Source: Monocercomonoides exilis PA203 (lineage: Eukaryota > Protista > Preaxostyla). Taken from it: a stretch of 64,000 nt of DNA. This document shows, in pieces, positions 50,001-59,400 of this stretch (positions are counted from its first letter, which is position 1; every line of letters begins with the position of its first letter). The notes under the pieces are model-generated. The model was not told the DNA's origin. It did not search any database and saw only the letters and a program-made list of their open reading frames with translations. The position numbers were made by a program, and so were the translations under genes. The stretch lies in assembly GCA_001643675.2 (NCBI GenBank), contig LSRY02000015.1, forward strand, positions 1,773,936 through 1,837,935. Reading direction: 5' to 3'.

Positions 50001-53000
50001 CATTTGGAGGAGGGATAATGGTGAGTGTGGGGGATGGGGGGAAGTTCGTGTTTGAGCACAACAAAGTGGACAGATGTGGGGTGCCGTCGGACAGCGGAAA
50101 GGGGGGAGGGGTGCATGTGGTGTTTGAAACAACAAAGATAGAGTATTCGATGAAGATGAACGAGTTCACAAACAATGTTGCAGAAAAGGGGGAGGATGTG
50201 TTTTTGGTGTGCGACTCGCCTTGGCTGGTGATTCTGCCAGCACTGTGGTATGGATCTGCAACGAACGAAACAGCACAGAAGAAGATGTGGGTGGCGGAGC
50301 TGACAGAGGCGGGAAAGGAAGACTCGATCATTAATTACCTGTTCCCATCGCTGAGTTCATACATGTTTGTGAGTGGCACAGGGAATGCCGGGGAGAACTG
50401 CGGGCTGAGAGAAAACCCGTGTGTGTCTGTGGATGTGGGGTTTGAGCGGCTGAAGGATGTTCATGTGATCATGGAGTTGGATGGAGCAGCAAGTGTGGAG
50501 AGAGTGATCAACAGGGAGGGAAAGTCGCTGACAATACAAGGGAATGGGGAGAAACAGGAAGTGAGTGTGGAAGAGAGCGGAAAGTTTGAGCTTGTGCAAG
50601 GGGAAGCACTGACATACATGACATTCTCATTTCTTCTGTTTGTGCTCCCCGATGCCTATTCTGGAGCATCTGAAGAACAGTCAGTTGTGGAAGTCGGTGT
50701 TGGGCAGTGCTCATTTGCCGATTGCGCATTTGTGTGCACAGAAAGTGGGACAAACAGCTGTGGGAGATGGATTGTGATTGGGAAAGGTGGGGTTGTTCGG
50801 ATGGACAGGACAGAAATCAGTGGGGTTGAATTTGTTGGAGGAGGGGTTGCTGCATGCAGGGGCTGTTGTGTGACTTTTGAGAACAGCAGCATTAACAGTG
50901 CGGACACAGACGGAAAAGGGATGATTGACGGAAGAGCGGGATCTGATGTTGTGTTGAAAAACACAACCGCAAGGGGATGCAGGACGAATGCAGGTGCACT
51001 GATCACATCGAAAGAGGGATCGCGCCTGAGGATATGTGAGCGCTGTGTTTTTGAAGAGATCAGGACACAGAGCAGCAGGGGTGGATGCGTGGAGAGCGAA
51101 ATGGAGGGAGAGGATGCATTTTCAGTGGAGCTGTCATGGATGACGAAGTGTGAGACGGAGAAAGAAAGCGGGAGAGGAGGAGGGATATTCATGGGATTGG
51201 GGGATGGATGCGCTGGAAACTATCTGCTGTCTGGAATGAAGTTCAAAGGCAACGAGGCACATGAAGGGAATGATTTATTTATCATGTGTCAAGTGCTGAA
51301 TGAGAGTGTGAGAGCTGCTCGACTGGCCTTTGAGTATGACGGGGATGATGGGGTTGGAGTTGATATGAAGGGGGTGGACAGAGAGTATTTTGGAGAGTGT
51401 GTGGATCTTCGGCTGTTTGTTGTTGAAAGGAAGGCCGGGGAAGTGTATGTGTCTGCAGAAGGGTATGATACAGCAGGGTGCGGAAGCGAGGCATATGCGT
51501 GCAGCACAATTTGGAGCGGGATAGGGCATGTTGACAGAAGCGGGATTGCGGGGGAGGGGAGATTGTGGGTGAAGGACAAAGGAGAAATCATGGATTTCTT
51601 CACATTTTCTAGTGCACTGAGAATTGAAGGGCTGGGGAAGGAAGGAGATGAAATACCGCAAAAGGTTATCCGATTTGCAGAGACTATCAGAGGAAGTGTC
51701 GCTATGTCTGTTCTGGCATCGAAGGCATCGCTGATGCTCCAATCATTGAGGATGGAAACGCCATCGGCGTTTGAGCCGATGGTGAAATCAATTGTGACAT
51801 CGAGTGGGATTCTTCAGCTGAATAACTGCACATTTGCCATGGAGTCTGGGGCTGTTGTTGAGTATTCGCTAATTGTCACAACAAATGGGACATGCTCGAT
51901 GAGAGGGTGCACTCTGCAAGACTGCATGTTTGGTGTGACTCCATTTTTGATATCATCTTCTGTGCTGCTTGAAAGCAACAACTTCTCATTCATCAAGAAC
52001 ACAGCAGGTGCTGAAGGAGGTGTTGCAAAAGTGGAGCTGAGTGAAGAAGATGAGCTTGTAACCAGATCAACAAATGCATCATTCTGTTTAATCAATGCAG
52101 AGAGAGGGAAAGGAGGGTTCCTGTATGTGAATAGCCAAAAGTGCACGAGCGAGAATGGACTTGTCTTCGAAAGTGATGTTGTGTTTGGAGGTAATGTGGC
52201 CTGGATGGGGAAGAATGCATTTATCTTGGCAGCAGATCTGAACAGCACAGTGAGAGGAGAAACATACAGGTTTGATTATTCGACAATGAAAGATGACAGA
52301 ACGCTGTTTGTGGGGAGCGATGGAGTCCACACAAATATCGATCTGTTTGTGTTTCTTGTTTCGTACACTTCGAGTGAGGTTTATGTGTCCAACGAAGGGT
52401 TTGATGTTGCTCGGTGCGGGAGCAAGAAAGAGCCATGCAGAACACTGTGGAAAGGCATCAGCCAGGTGAAGGAAGGCGAGGGAGCGAAGGCGTTGCGAAT
52501 AGCAGGGTCGACGCCGATACGAGACGCCTTCGACGGAACCAGATATGAGATCGAAAATGCAGAAGCTGGGGGAGAGGCAAGCGGCAAGGCGGTTTTGCGC
52601 TTGGAGAAGGCATATGAAGGGCCACTGGAGTATTTCATCTGCAACAGTGTATCGCTCTCATTGAGGGAGATCAAGGTGCTGATGACAGCAGGGTTTGAGA
52701 GCACAGCAAGGGCAGTTATTTCTAACAAGGGTGGGGAGCTATGGATTAAAGAATGCGCGTTTCACTCAGAAGCACAGTTGAACAACGGGTTTGAGTGCGT
52801 GTTTGTTGATGTCAATGCCGGTGTGCTTGGTGTGAATGGCTTGTCGATGGACTCGAGTTGTGTGGGCAAAAGTGTTTTGCAGGTTGAGGAGGTGGGTGCC
52901 GAGTGCAACTTATCGAACATGCACATTTCATCGCTAAACGAAACAGGAGGATGTGTGATATCTGTGGGGGAATGTTGTACCCAGCACAGCACAAACGATG

Positions 53001-56000
53001 GGAATGCAGCGAGCAGCATGGACATGGAGAACTGTTCGTTTGAGGGGATGAAAAGAAGCGACAATGAAGCGAGTGTGCTTGTGTCGAAAAGCGAGAAGGG
53101 GATCACAGTGAGGATAAGAGACTGCTTGCTTGTGGATGGCAAAGCAGAGACAAGCGACAAGGGAGGGGGGATGCTGTTTGGACTGCACAAAGCAGGAAGG
53201 CTTAGCATGGTGAAGACAACGATGAGTCGGTGCAGCTGCGAGAGCAACAGCGGGAAAGGCGGAGGGGTGTATCTGGAGAGCAAAGAAAGAGGGGCGCTGA
53301 GCTTTGTGTTTGAGAAGGTGAGCTTCAGCGCAAACACAGCAGGGGTGGGGAACGACATATTTGTCGAGTGCTACAACATCTCGTGCCAGATCAACGAGAC
53401 TCAGTTCCGCTTCGATCTTCGGGAAGAGAGCTATGCTCGGCTGAATGCGATATATGGGTCGGATGCCACAGAACACACAGGAAGCACGAATCTGATAGAC
53501 TTCATCACAATCCACCAGAGCGACACAATCATCGTGTCAGGCAATAGTGGAGTGGATGAACGGCAGTGTGGCACACGCTCTCTGCCGTGCCAGTCCATAG
53601 ATTATGGACTGGCGCATCTGACTGCGGACTTCATCAGTCAGATGTTTGTTGATGGGGAGAGTGCGATCAAGGGGGAAGTGGAACTGGACGAGATGAGCCT
53701 GAGCTCAAGAAGCCGCGATCTGTGCAATGTTGAAGTGGAGTCGAGGATCGAATGCACAAGGGCGAGTGTGATATCGACATCCAACACAGTGACTATTTCG
53801 AGAGTGAGGTTTGTATTTGATATGGAATTTGCATCTTCTCACGTTGCACTGGTTGAGCCAGACAGCGGATTGGTGGAAATGGTCAACTGCTCGTTCAGCT
53901 CGAAGCACACAGAACCTGCTGAAGCTCGTTTGCAAGCACAAATACCGTTTCACATCATTCAAATTGCCTCGGGGAGATGTGTTCTAGATGGATGCTGCGT
54001 GGCAGACGTTGCGCTTTCTGTGGCTGCAATATGCATTGCATCACCTATCCAATTTGTTGTTTCTTCTTGCGTGTTCTGCGACTTGGCAACCAGCGATCCG
54101 CTCATTGATGTCACAGGAAGTGGAGAAATTTCTGCGAATCATCTGGAATTGGCGAATGTCACCGTCTCAAAAAGAGGACTTTCTTTGCTGTCGTGCTCAG
54201 GCGTGAGAAGAAAAATGAAACTTAACAATTGCTCGATCAAAAATTCAGCACAAGACAATTCAAGAGGGATGCTCATCACATTGGGCAACTGCTCTGACGC
54301 AGTGATGGACAGTTGCCTCTTGGATGGGAATTCAAGCGAATGCGATACAAAAGAATCACAAAGAAGGTTATCCAACAAAGTGTTTAATGAAGCGGAAAAT
54401 GAAACATGCAGATGGAATGGTTCAATTGTTGATTTTTCTAGTAGTTCCGTGATGATGAAAGACACAACAATCTGCAACTCCTCAAAGGGAGGGATAACTG
54501 TGAGTGGAGGAAGTGTTGGAATTGAAATGGGGTTATTTGAGAATAACAACCCTTCAATAGCAAATTACCCATCATTGAGAAGAAATATCATCTGTTCAGA
54601 TTCAGGAACATTTAATGTGATGAGTCTGAAAGGAGGAGATGGATGGAAGGATAATACCTCACTTTGGATGTTGAATGATGGGTGCAGCTTTGAAGGGATT
54701 ATTTCTGAAAGGGCATCACCATTTTTCATTCCTGTGTTGGAGAGTGTTGAAGCAAATGAGAAAGGAGCAGAAATGGAGGTTGTGTTCAAAGGGAAGCTTC
54801 TTCTCCCATGCAACTTGTCATTCATGATTGTGAAGCAGATTGGAGAAGAAAAGCAGATTGAGAAATATGGGTTTAATGAGAGTGGATATGTGTCAGAGAC
54901 AGAGGTTAAAGGGAGGGTGAAACGGGAAACAATTAGCGAGGCAGGAGATGAGGCAGAGGTGAGTGTGTGCATTCTGTTTGGGGACGGAAATAATCCATCG
55001 TCCACTGATTCTTTCATTCTGAAGAACAGAAGTGAGCCTAAAGCTAATGGGGATGAAAGGATTGTTGAAGGAGGAAAAGAAGGGAAATCGTATTGGTTGT
55101 TGATTGTTTGCATTGCGATTGTTGTAATACTGTTTGTGGTCATTATTGTTCTGGCTATTCGGTGGAGGAAGGAAAAGAATGAAGCAGATGATCTGAGAGA
55201 GATTGTGAATGATAATATCAAAAAGGATCCGAAGGCATTTGAGATGGTGACGATGGAGATGTCACCTGAGGAGCAGTGGAGGAGAGCAGAGAGGGATGCA
55301 GAGAAAAAGAATGAGGAAAGGATGAAGAAGAGAATATATGACACGAATCTGCAACATTCAGAGTCATCTGAACATCTTCTATCTGAGAGTGGCTCAACAG
55401 AATACATTTTGGGAAGAGATTCAGATAAGATCCCTCAATGGATGTTGGAGAAAGATGAAGAAGAAGAGATAAGGAAGAGAACGCCATCACCTTCCATTTC
55501 ATCCACTTCAACCACATCAACAACTGATTCAGATTCCACGTTTGTTCGAGGAGAGGATTTGTGTCCGACAACCTCATCGATGTCAAACTTGGTGGATGCA
55601 ATGGCCTGTTCATCACCTCATGAGAAGTTGATAGTGGATTTGAGGGATTCCCTGTTTATGTTGTTGCACGGGAAAAATGAGAAGAAGGAGATGGCAATTG
55701 ACACTCTTCAAGAGAGAGAAATGGCAGCTGCTCAAATCCTGTTCTGGGTGGCAAATGGAGCGCTCCATTCATTTGATGAAATGGAAAACCCTCTTCAGTC
55801 GCTGGGCAGTCTGAGTCCGCACATTGTGCTGTTCTCCGAGCACATGGTCATCTGCATCACCATGCACTCAGATTGTTCATCAGGCTCAGACACTTCGTCC
55901 TCCATATCTTCAGCAACAGTTGTGACATCAGCAAGTGATGTTGAAAGTGATTCTCTGCCCTCATCTGCCTTTGAGGATGACGAAGACAACAGAAAGGAGT

Positions 56001-56446
56001 GTTTGAGGTGGAAGGCACCAGAGCTGCTGAATGGAACAAAGAAACATGCGACGAAGAAGACGGTGGTGTTCTCGATAGGGATGATGCTGTGGGAGTGTTT
56101 GACACTGCAGATTCCGTTTGGGGAGTATGAGGCTGAGACGGCTGGAGAGAAGATAAAGAATGGGGAGAGGCCAGGAATGGAGAGCATACGTGGATCAGAG
56201 ATGTGCGAAGCGGTGGAAAACGGGTTGGATGGAAATCCAGAAAGGAGAGCATCGTTGATGCAGGTGAAGCGATATCTGGTTGGGCGCTTGCCATCGGGGT
56301 ACACGATGGCGACAGTGTCGGATGCAATTGCATATTGCGAAGGGTCGGAGGAATGCGGGTCAGAATACATTGAGCGGAGCGGGGTTATTGTGAAGCTGGG
56401 TTCTGGATCTGAAAGCGAAACACAAACAAGAGGGAGCAGTGGATGA
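44069..56446 (+). CDS. Giant single-exon type I membrane receptor-like protein: Cys/Gly-rich repeated beta-helix (pectin-lyase/Pmp-like) ectodomain, one TM helix, cytoplasmic pseudokinase
   Basis: 4125-codon open frame with a hydrophobic N-terminus. GGA(I/V)/GGG(V/I/L) and FxxN motifs. Eight G.D...CG....C.(T/S)(I/V) modules at ~1.0-1.2 kb spacing. TM YWLLIVCIAIVVILFVVIIVLAIRWRK (~55091-55170). Kinase C-lobe motifs RWKAPELL, VFSIGMMLWECLT..IPF, RP, but no VAIK, HRD or DFG. Confidence 0.85.
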   Translation: MDNEKEKKKMKIINKFKSLNVILMIFIADSLNTHSILSTFNEEKNELKRIDELVNINIGSRKSTIEGSIIFSNSTCELENIRIVQKGDGSAVCCVFSSDVEGTKIEIVDRSSHNEHPFLVEDSSLHLMNATLIVENKEISSPSLVGSPKEHENRYSKRTSSTGMLIVEQSLFSSISVASPPFLSSPSLAEVNVGNSIFCNISSCKHHILPNSYRFHRLQTRAESCSFVSVHDAFDGGVFESVNAPGASFQSFNNSFMNCAKTSFSGNSNMERKTFEGGSHSFSNCEWHNVSSALTPESSEDWDLSVCGGAIGIHGNSETVVVIDSCIFDNCICLRYGGAVMIYPGYNVSLQNSKGFNCSGGSGSFGMLTGIANLKMGNSCSNNCSNSDSGAFRLQSFNVIHSDNELTVPVVCNCSFTLSDSNLTTCAFICLHNMFQPYSISESLFLNGFTKISGGAISIYWRDAYGTISEKPWLYFCFFHNNTAGDGNGDDVSIRDSFSYMPETTVLSVSSFTTKTSGSSVWHSRFGTKNEWLSVGILRRYVDAEGREEVGCGIYEWDGCKTVEYAVDQASSVGEQRLQLAECTFRIARTVEVGRKTIVMNGFGDSGTIVKSELMGGSSAMVRIGDGALSAASMKILHTSRASPSPRLFEMTSVSGTLSLCCITISSQDVGTADLVVSTSPFLIYQSQMRMESTRVENMVLSVVVFSEKEPSGAGASSLANVTLENITRTDGDGAAFSVSVGGGSVIGVENTTMKNCVCTCGNGGGVFVSLGSGGNVRIGGNLEVGFDGCCVQLEEAAKRKGGGVYLLCSGSDWEFSVKKCTFRECKAWKGRNMFVAAPDLSTAVNSSSIGFNAETGVNRADFDELSGMESSNAVLIVPLVLFLREFQPPAYVGGKAVGQDFRLCGFADYMCKTIGSAGTYRFPNSKRILRLAETFVFDEETKLDKGPYEVDASSKSEGVKVEAAGPKVQDALVMSSVTATFTNISFELGASIGSRSTFVYSSAGDVKFIDCAIDGARGGSGVEYGFVSVSGGSVQMLRVSCGGEREVTFGSYVVLVNGSGACTVDQMTMNQMRVSEGRSGSQGIIELATSSPTTIHNSTIANVVLGSGGLIHFAEGSSLKMKNTSFMSIGRSGGGGACLELDELCGRKQSVWIENCSFSACKVDGDGSCGGGVYAMLDVSSELHVSSTRFEGCQAPSEGGTNGKGGGLLLNVLDAGVLFELSATLAFEANQAEYGADLFVASPDLKASVTKEHILFAIPLTGSTRAAMGVDSKWSDLTIPLMYYLCDDPPCMHMGNDGHDVVVCGHEQFRCKCVDYAVRRVIGKQHALAFGDSYLFGESVSLSASEGYDFCGTASKTRMEMVGNESSGTCMIGIDSYVRFYQFLCVLPAALPLVQSSIFLVSGDRSELWIEDCSAVCGSSAGRCKCSFVSQSSGRLSITGFSIESVEFEGISFISSNGNGASILDSINMSNVRITDADGLVVYTSEGSFTAVNMSVKHCSNSGGGVVWDREGGMLEMKNSTFEGIMQADGNGSVVNGVIGSGKEMRMSDVWIEGCGTAKGCGGGMNVVVEGTGKVRIGGGDDVTYVGGCRAGGEGRVGGYGGGLLLRCEEGGRDFGIIGVTFGVDGSANDATHGGSNVMVECKNLPEVVNEVSFSFSFVKDVEDNPNLIELMGIENGRVSEVIPIVPFFREKPSVGYVHGENGGMDYPSCGYSDFPCSSVPYAGAAVFGARSAAALRLMSTFTIHKEMILYMQPMVIDGEVEMERIVMREESDGEEGEVGGGAKECLVETKEKITFRSLMFCAWSFEGSARTCLFMCSDGVLRFEGCSFCTEAGASNMCVECLKGKGGKMELVKCRFEEVTMRGCGLIVTDGSEVEVELDEATIRNTGREDEGSVLEMRRGKIVSIRNTTIKETNFGNGNEIDIGEDVGLEMRNSTLCEVRRYEGNGGVMSGKVGSMRAWEIEDCVFERCECEADYTFGGGIMVSVGDGGKFVFEHNKVDRCGVPSDSGKGGGVHVVFETTKIEYSMKMNEFTNNVAEKGEDVFLVCDSPWLVILPALWYGSATNETAQKKMWVAELTEAGKEDSIINYLFPSLSSYMFVSGTGNAGENCGLRENPCVSVDVGFERLKDVHVIMELDGAASVERVINREGKSLTIQGNGEKQEVSVEESGKFELVQGEALTYMTFSFLLFVLPDAYSGASEEQSVVEVGVGQCSFADCAFVCTESGTNSCGRWIVIGKGGVVRMDRTEISGVEFVGGGVAACRGCCVTFENSSINSADTDGKGMIDGRAGSDVVLKNTTARGCRTNAGALITSKEGSRLRICERCVFEEIRTQSSRGGCVESEMEGEDAFSVELSWMTKCETEKESGRGGGIFMGLGDGCAGNYLLSGMKFKGNEAHEGNDLFIMCQVLNESVRAARLAFEYDGDDGVGVDMKGVDREYFGECVDLRLFVVERKAGEVYVSAEGYDTAGCGSEAYACSTIWSGIGHVDRSGIAGEGRLWVKDKGEIMDFFTFSSALRIEGLGKEGDEIPQKVIRFAETIRGSVAMSVLASKASLMLQSLRMETPSAFEPMVKSIVTSSGILQLNNCTFAMESGAVVEYSLIVTTNGTCSMRGCTLQDCMFGVTPFLISSSVLLESNNFSFIKNTAGAEGGVAKVELSEEDELVTRSTNASFCLINAERGKGGFLYVNSQKCTSENGLVFESDVVFGGNVAWMGKNAFILAADLNSTVRGETYRFDYSTMKDDRTLFVGSDGVHTNIDLFVFLVSYTSSEVYVSNEGFDVARCGSKKEPCRTLWKGISQVKEGEGAKALRIAGSTPIRDAFDGTRYEIENAEAGGEASGKAVLRLEKAYEGPLEYFICNSVSLSLREIKVLMTAGFESTARAVISNKGGELWIKECAFHSEAQLNNGFECVFVDVNAGVLGVNGLSMDSSCVGKSVLQVEEVGAECNLSNMHISSLNETGGCVISVGECCTQHSTNDGNAASSMDMENCSFEGMKRSDNEASVLVSKSEKGITVRIRDCLLVDGKAETSDKGGGMLFGLHKAGRLSMVKTTMSRCSCESNSGKGGGVYLESKERGALSFVFEKVSFSANTAGVGNDIFVECYNISCQINETQFRFDLREESYARLNAIYGSDATEHTGSTNLIDFITIHQSDTIIVSGNSGVDERQCGTRSLPCQSIDYGLAHLTADFISQMFVDGESAIKGEVELDEMSLSSRSRDLCNVEVESRIECTRASVISTSNTVTISRVRFVFDMEFASSHVALVEPDSGLVEMVNCSFSSKHTEPAEARLQAQIPFHIIQIASGRCVLDGCCVADVALSVAAICIASPIQFVVSSCVFCDLATSDPLIDVTGSGEISANHLELANVTVSKRGLSLLSCSGVRRKMKLNNCSIKNSAQDNSRGMLITLGNCSDAVMDSCLLDGNSSECDTKESQRRLSNKVFNEAENETCRWNGSIVDFSSSSVMMKDTTICNSSKGGITVSGGSVGIEMGLFENNNPSIANYPSLRRNIICSDSGTFNVMSLKGGDGWKDNTSLWMLNDGCSFEGIISERASPFFIPVLESVEANEKGAEMEVVFKGKLLLPCNLSFMIVKQIGEEKQIEKYGFNESGYVSETEVKGRVKRETISEAGDEAEVSVCILFGDGNNPSSTDSFILKNRSEPKANGDERIVEGGKEGKSYWLLIVCIAIVVILFVVIIVLAIRWRKEKNEADDLREIVNDNIKKDPKAFEMVTMEMSPEEQWRRAERDAEKKNEERMKKRIYDTNLQHSESSEHLLSESGSTEYILGRDSDKIPQWMLEKDEEEEIRKRTPSPSISSTSTTSTTDSDSTFVRGEDLCPTTSSMSNLVDAMACSSPHEKLIVDLRDSLFMLLHGKNEKKEMAIDTLQEREMAAAQILFWVANGALHSFDEMENPLQSLGSLSPHIVLFSEHMVICITMHSDCSSGSDTSSSISSATVVTSASDVESDSLPSSAFEDDEDNRKECLRWKAPELLNGTKKHATKKTVVFSIGMMLWECLTLQIPFGEYEAETAGEKIKNGERPGMESIRGSEMCEAVENGLDGNPERRASLMQVKRYLVGRLPSGYTMATVSDAIAYCEGSEECGSEYIERSGVIVKLGSGSESETQTRGSSG

Positions 56447-59400
56447 AGCAGAATGGAGAGTTGGGGGCAGCCACAGATGAATCACTTGAAAAGGAAAAAA
56501 GAAAGATAAACGCTGGCATATTTCTCAGAATAAAGAATGATTGGAGATGAACAAAAAATTAAATGGTGCACTATTCTTAATTTCGTTGGATTTATCCAAA
56601 CATAAAGCGTTGGACAAAGGCATTTGCAAAAGGCACCATTTAATTTTGATTTATTTAATTATTATTCAAACGCACTTTTTTGTTTTGTTGAGCAAATTAC
56701 AGAAAAACTTTTTGTTGAAGGAAATTTTGCGTGTGTGAAAAGGCATTTTCCAAAACTTCTCGCTGGTGTTTTCTGGCATTCGTATCAAAGCAGCAGCTAA
56801 TGTGTGCAATTATTTTAAACACTGAATTACTTTTTTCTCGCTAATATTGTCTAATTGCTTCTTTCAAACATCATTTCAATATTCTGGTATGTTGTGTATA
56901 TGCACTTATTATAATAATCTTTTTTGTTTCTCAAAAAGATTTGATTGAAGCTTGTTATTTCGAATTTAAAGCTATAATAACACCATTTCCAATAAGACTT
57001 TTTTTTTCTTTTGTAAATAATTATTCTCTCATATATCTGCTTTTTGTCATTGCCATAGTTTAGTCTGAAAAATGAAATCTCAATAATTGCATGCAGTTTC
57101 TGCTTAAACTCCTATTTTCTCTCTTGACAATTGCAGATTTTTCGTTTTTCAAAAATGCCCAAAAGTTATTCAAAATCAAAATAAAAAAAAAAAAATAAAA
57201 AATAAAAAAAATCAAAAAACTTTCAAACAAATTCGAAATATTTGACAATAATCAAAAATAGCAATTAACGTTTATTAAATGGAGATTAGAATATTTTGTT
57301 CTTGCGATTAAAAAAAATTATTAATTCATTATTTATTAACCACATAAAAAATAATTCCAAATGGAAATATTTGTGCTCATAATAGGGCTCACTTTTTATG
57401 GAGCATTTCCTTTATTGACATTATTTATTTATTTTTTGTCTGTTAATTTCAGAAAAGAATATGACAGCTTTTAGCACATATATAAACATTTCAGACATAT
57501 CTTCCACAATTTATCAACAATTTGTTTTGGTAAAGGGTCACTTATTGACTCCTTCTTATTTTGCACAGATAACTTAAAAAGTTTTTATTATTTGATATTT
57601 CATATTGATTTTTGAATTTGGGATTGTGCGAATATATGGATGATTGCTTTTGAAATCACATGTTTTCAATCAAATTTTTCGATTTGAAAAATTATTGAAT
57701 ATCAATGAACAAACAATGAAAAGTGATAACACCTTTTCGTGATAATTTTATCATGAACAAATCACAATCAATGATTTTTGAAACAATTATTATTCATTCA
57801 ACATTCGAATAGTTAAGTTCTTGTTAAAGACAAAATACATTTATTCAAACAACTTTTCGATAAAAGTTATGATTTCAAAAATAATCGCACACATGTCAAA
57901 ATGCCTTTGGATCAATAAATCTGATTCTAAAGGAAACTTATAAAAGTATCAATCTTCAGAATGGATTGAGCTTAAAACCCTCGTCAGCCTTCAAACATTT
58001 ATCAACGATTTCATTGTTCGAATGATTAGTAATTTCTTTATGCAGGGTCAGTAATTTATCGGTACCCAAAAAATTAATCGGGACCTAAAATTTCTGGCTC
58101 CCAAGAGCACTTTTAGAAAAAAATAAAATAACAGAAACTCTTCAAAATATTTTTATTTTCTTTTCCTGAAAATATTTTATTTTTTTATTTTTTGAATTTT
58201 CGTGAAAAGATCTCGAATATTTTGTTTTATTTTTAAGATCAAAGGCTTGCCGGTGGAAGCACAAGCTTCTTGTTTTGAGTGTTCTGGGTGTTGCCATTAC
58301 CACAGAACTTGACTATTTAATTCTTTTATTAATTTTTTTTATTAAACACTTCGTTTTTTATTATTATTATTTCCATTTAACAATATACAGATGAAATTTT
58401 AATAAACATTGAAGTTTGCAATTGTTTTGTTTTTATGTGTTGATTAATTGATTGAAAATTGATAATTATGACAAATAAAGAAATTCTCAAAAGAGAAAAT
58501 CTTTTTTTTAAATAAATAATTATAATTATAATTTTCTTGTTTTTGATTTTTATTGTTCCATTTATTTTTTAATCAAATAATCATGTTAAAAAAATTTCGT
58601 GATAGACACATTTATTTGCATTTCATCAATTAATCAACACATAAAAACAAAACAATTGCAAACTTCAATGTTTATTAAAATTTCATCTGTATATTGTTAA
58701 ATGGAAATAATAATAATAAAAAACGAAGTGTTTAATAAAAAAAATTAATAAAAGAATTAAATAGTCAAGTTCTGTGGTAATGGCAACACCCAGAACACTC
58801 AAAACAAGAAGCTTGTGCTTCCACCGGCAAGCCTTTGATCTTAAAAATAAAACAAAATATTCGAGATCTTTTCACGAAAATTCAAAAAATAAAAAAATAA
58901 AATATTTTCAGGAAAAGAAAATAAAAATATTTTGAAGAGTTTCTGTTATTTTATTTTTTTCTAAAAGTGCTCTTGGGAGCCAGAAATTTTAGGTCCCGAT
59001 TAATTTTTTGGGTACCGATAAATTACTGACCCTGCATAAAGAAATTACTAATCATTCGAACAATGAAATCGTTGATAAATGTTTGAAGGCTGACGAGGGT
59101 TTTAAGCTCAATCCATTCTGAAGATTGATACTTTTATAAGTTTCCTTTAGAATCAGATTTATTGATCCAAAGGCATTTTGACATGTGTGCGATTATTTTT
59201 GAAATCATAACTTTTATCGAAAAGTTGTTTGAATAAATGTATTTTGTCTTTAACAAGAACTTAACTATTCGAATGTTGAATGAATAATAATTGTTTCAAA
59301 AATCATTGATTGTGATTTGTTCATGATAAAATTATCACGAAAAGGTGTTATCACTTTTCATTGTTTGTTCATTGATATTCAATAATTTTTCAAATCGAAA

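Noticed and set aside
57361-57577. Small hydrophobic ORF (71 aa in the mirrored copy 59500-59715)
   Set aside because: Open only in the deletion-prone right arm and frameshifted in the left arm; AT-rich chance ORF.
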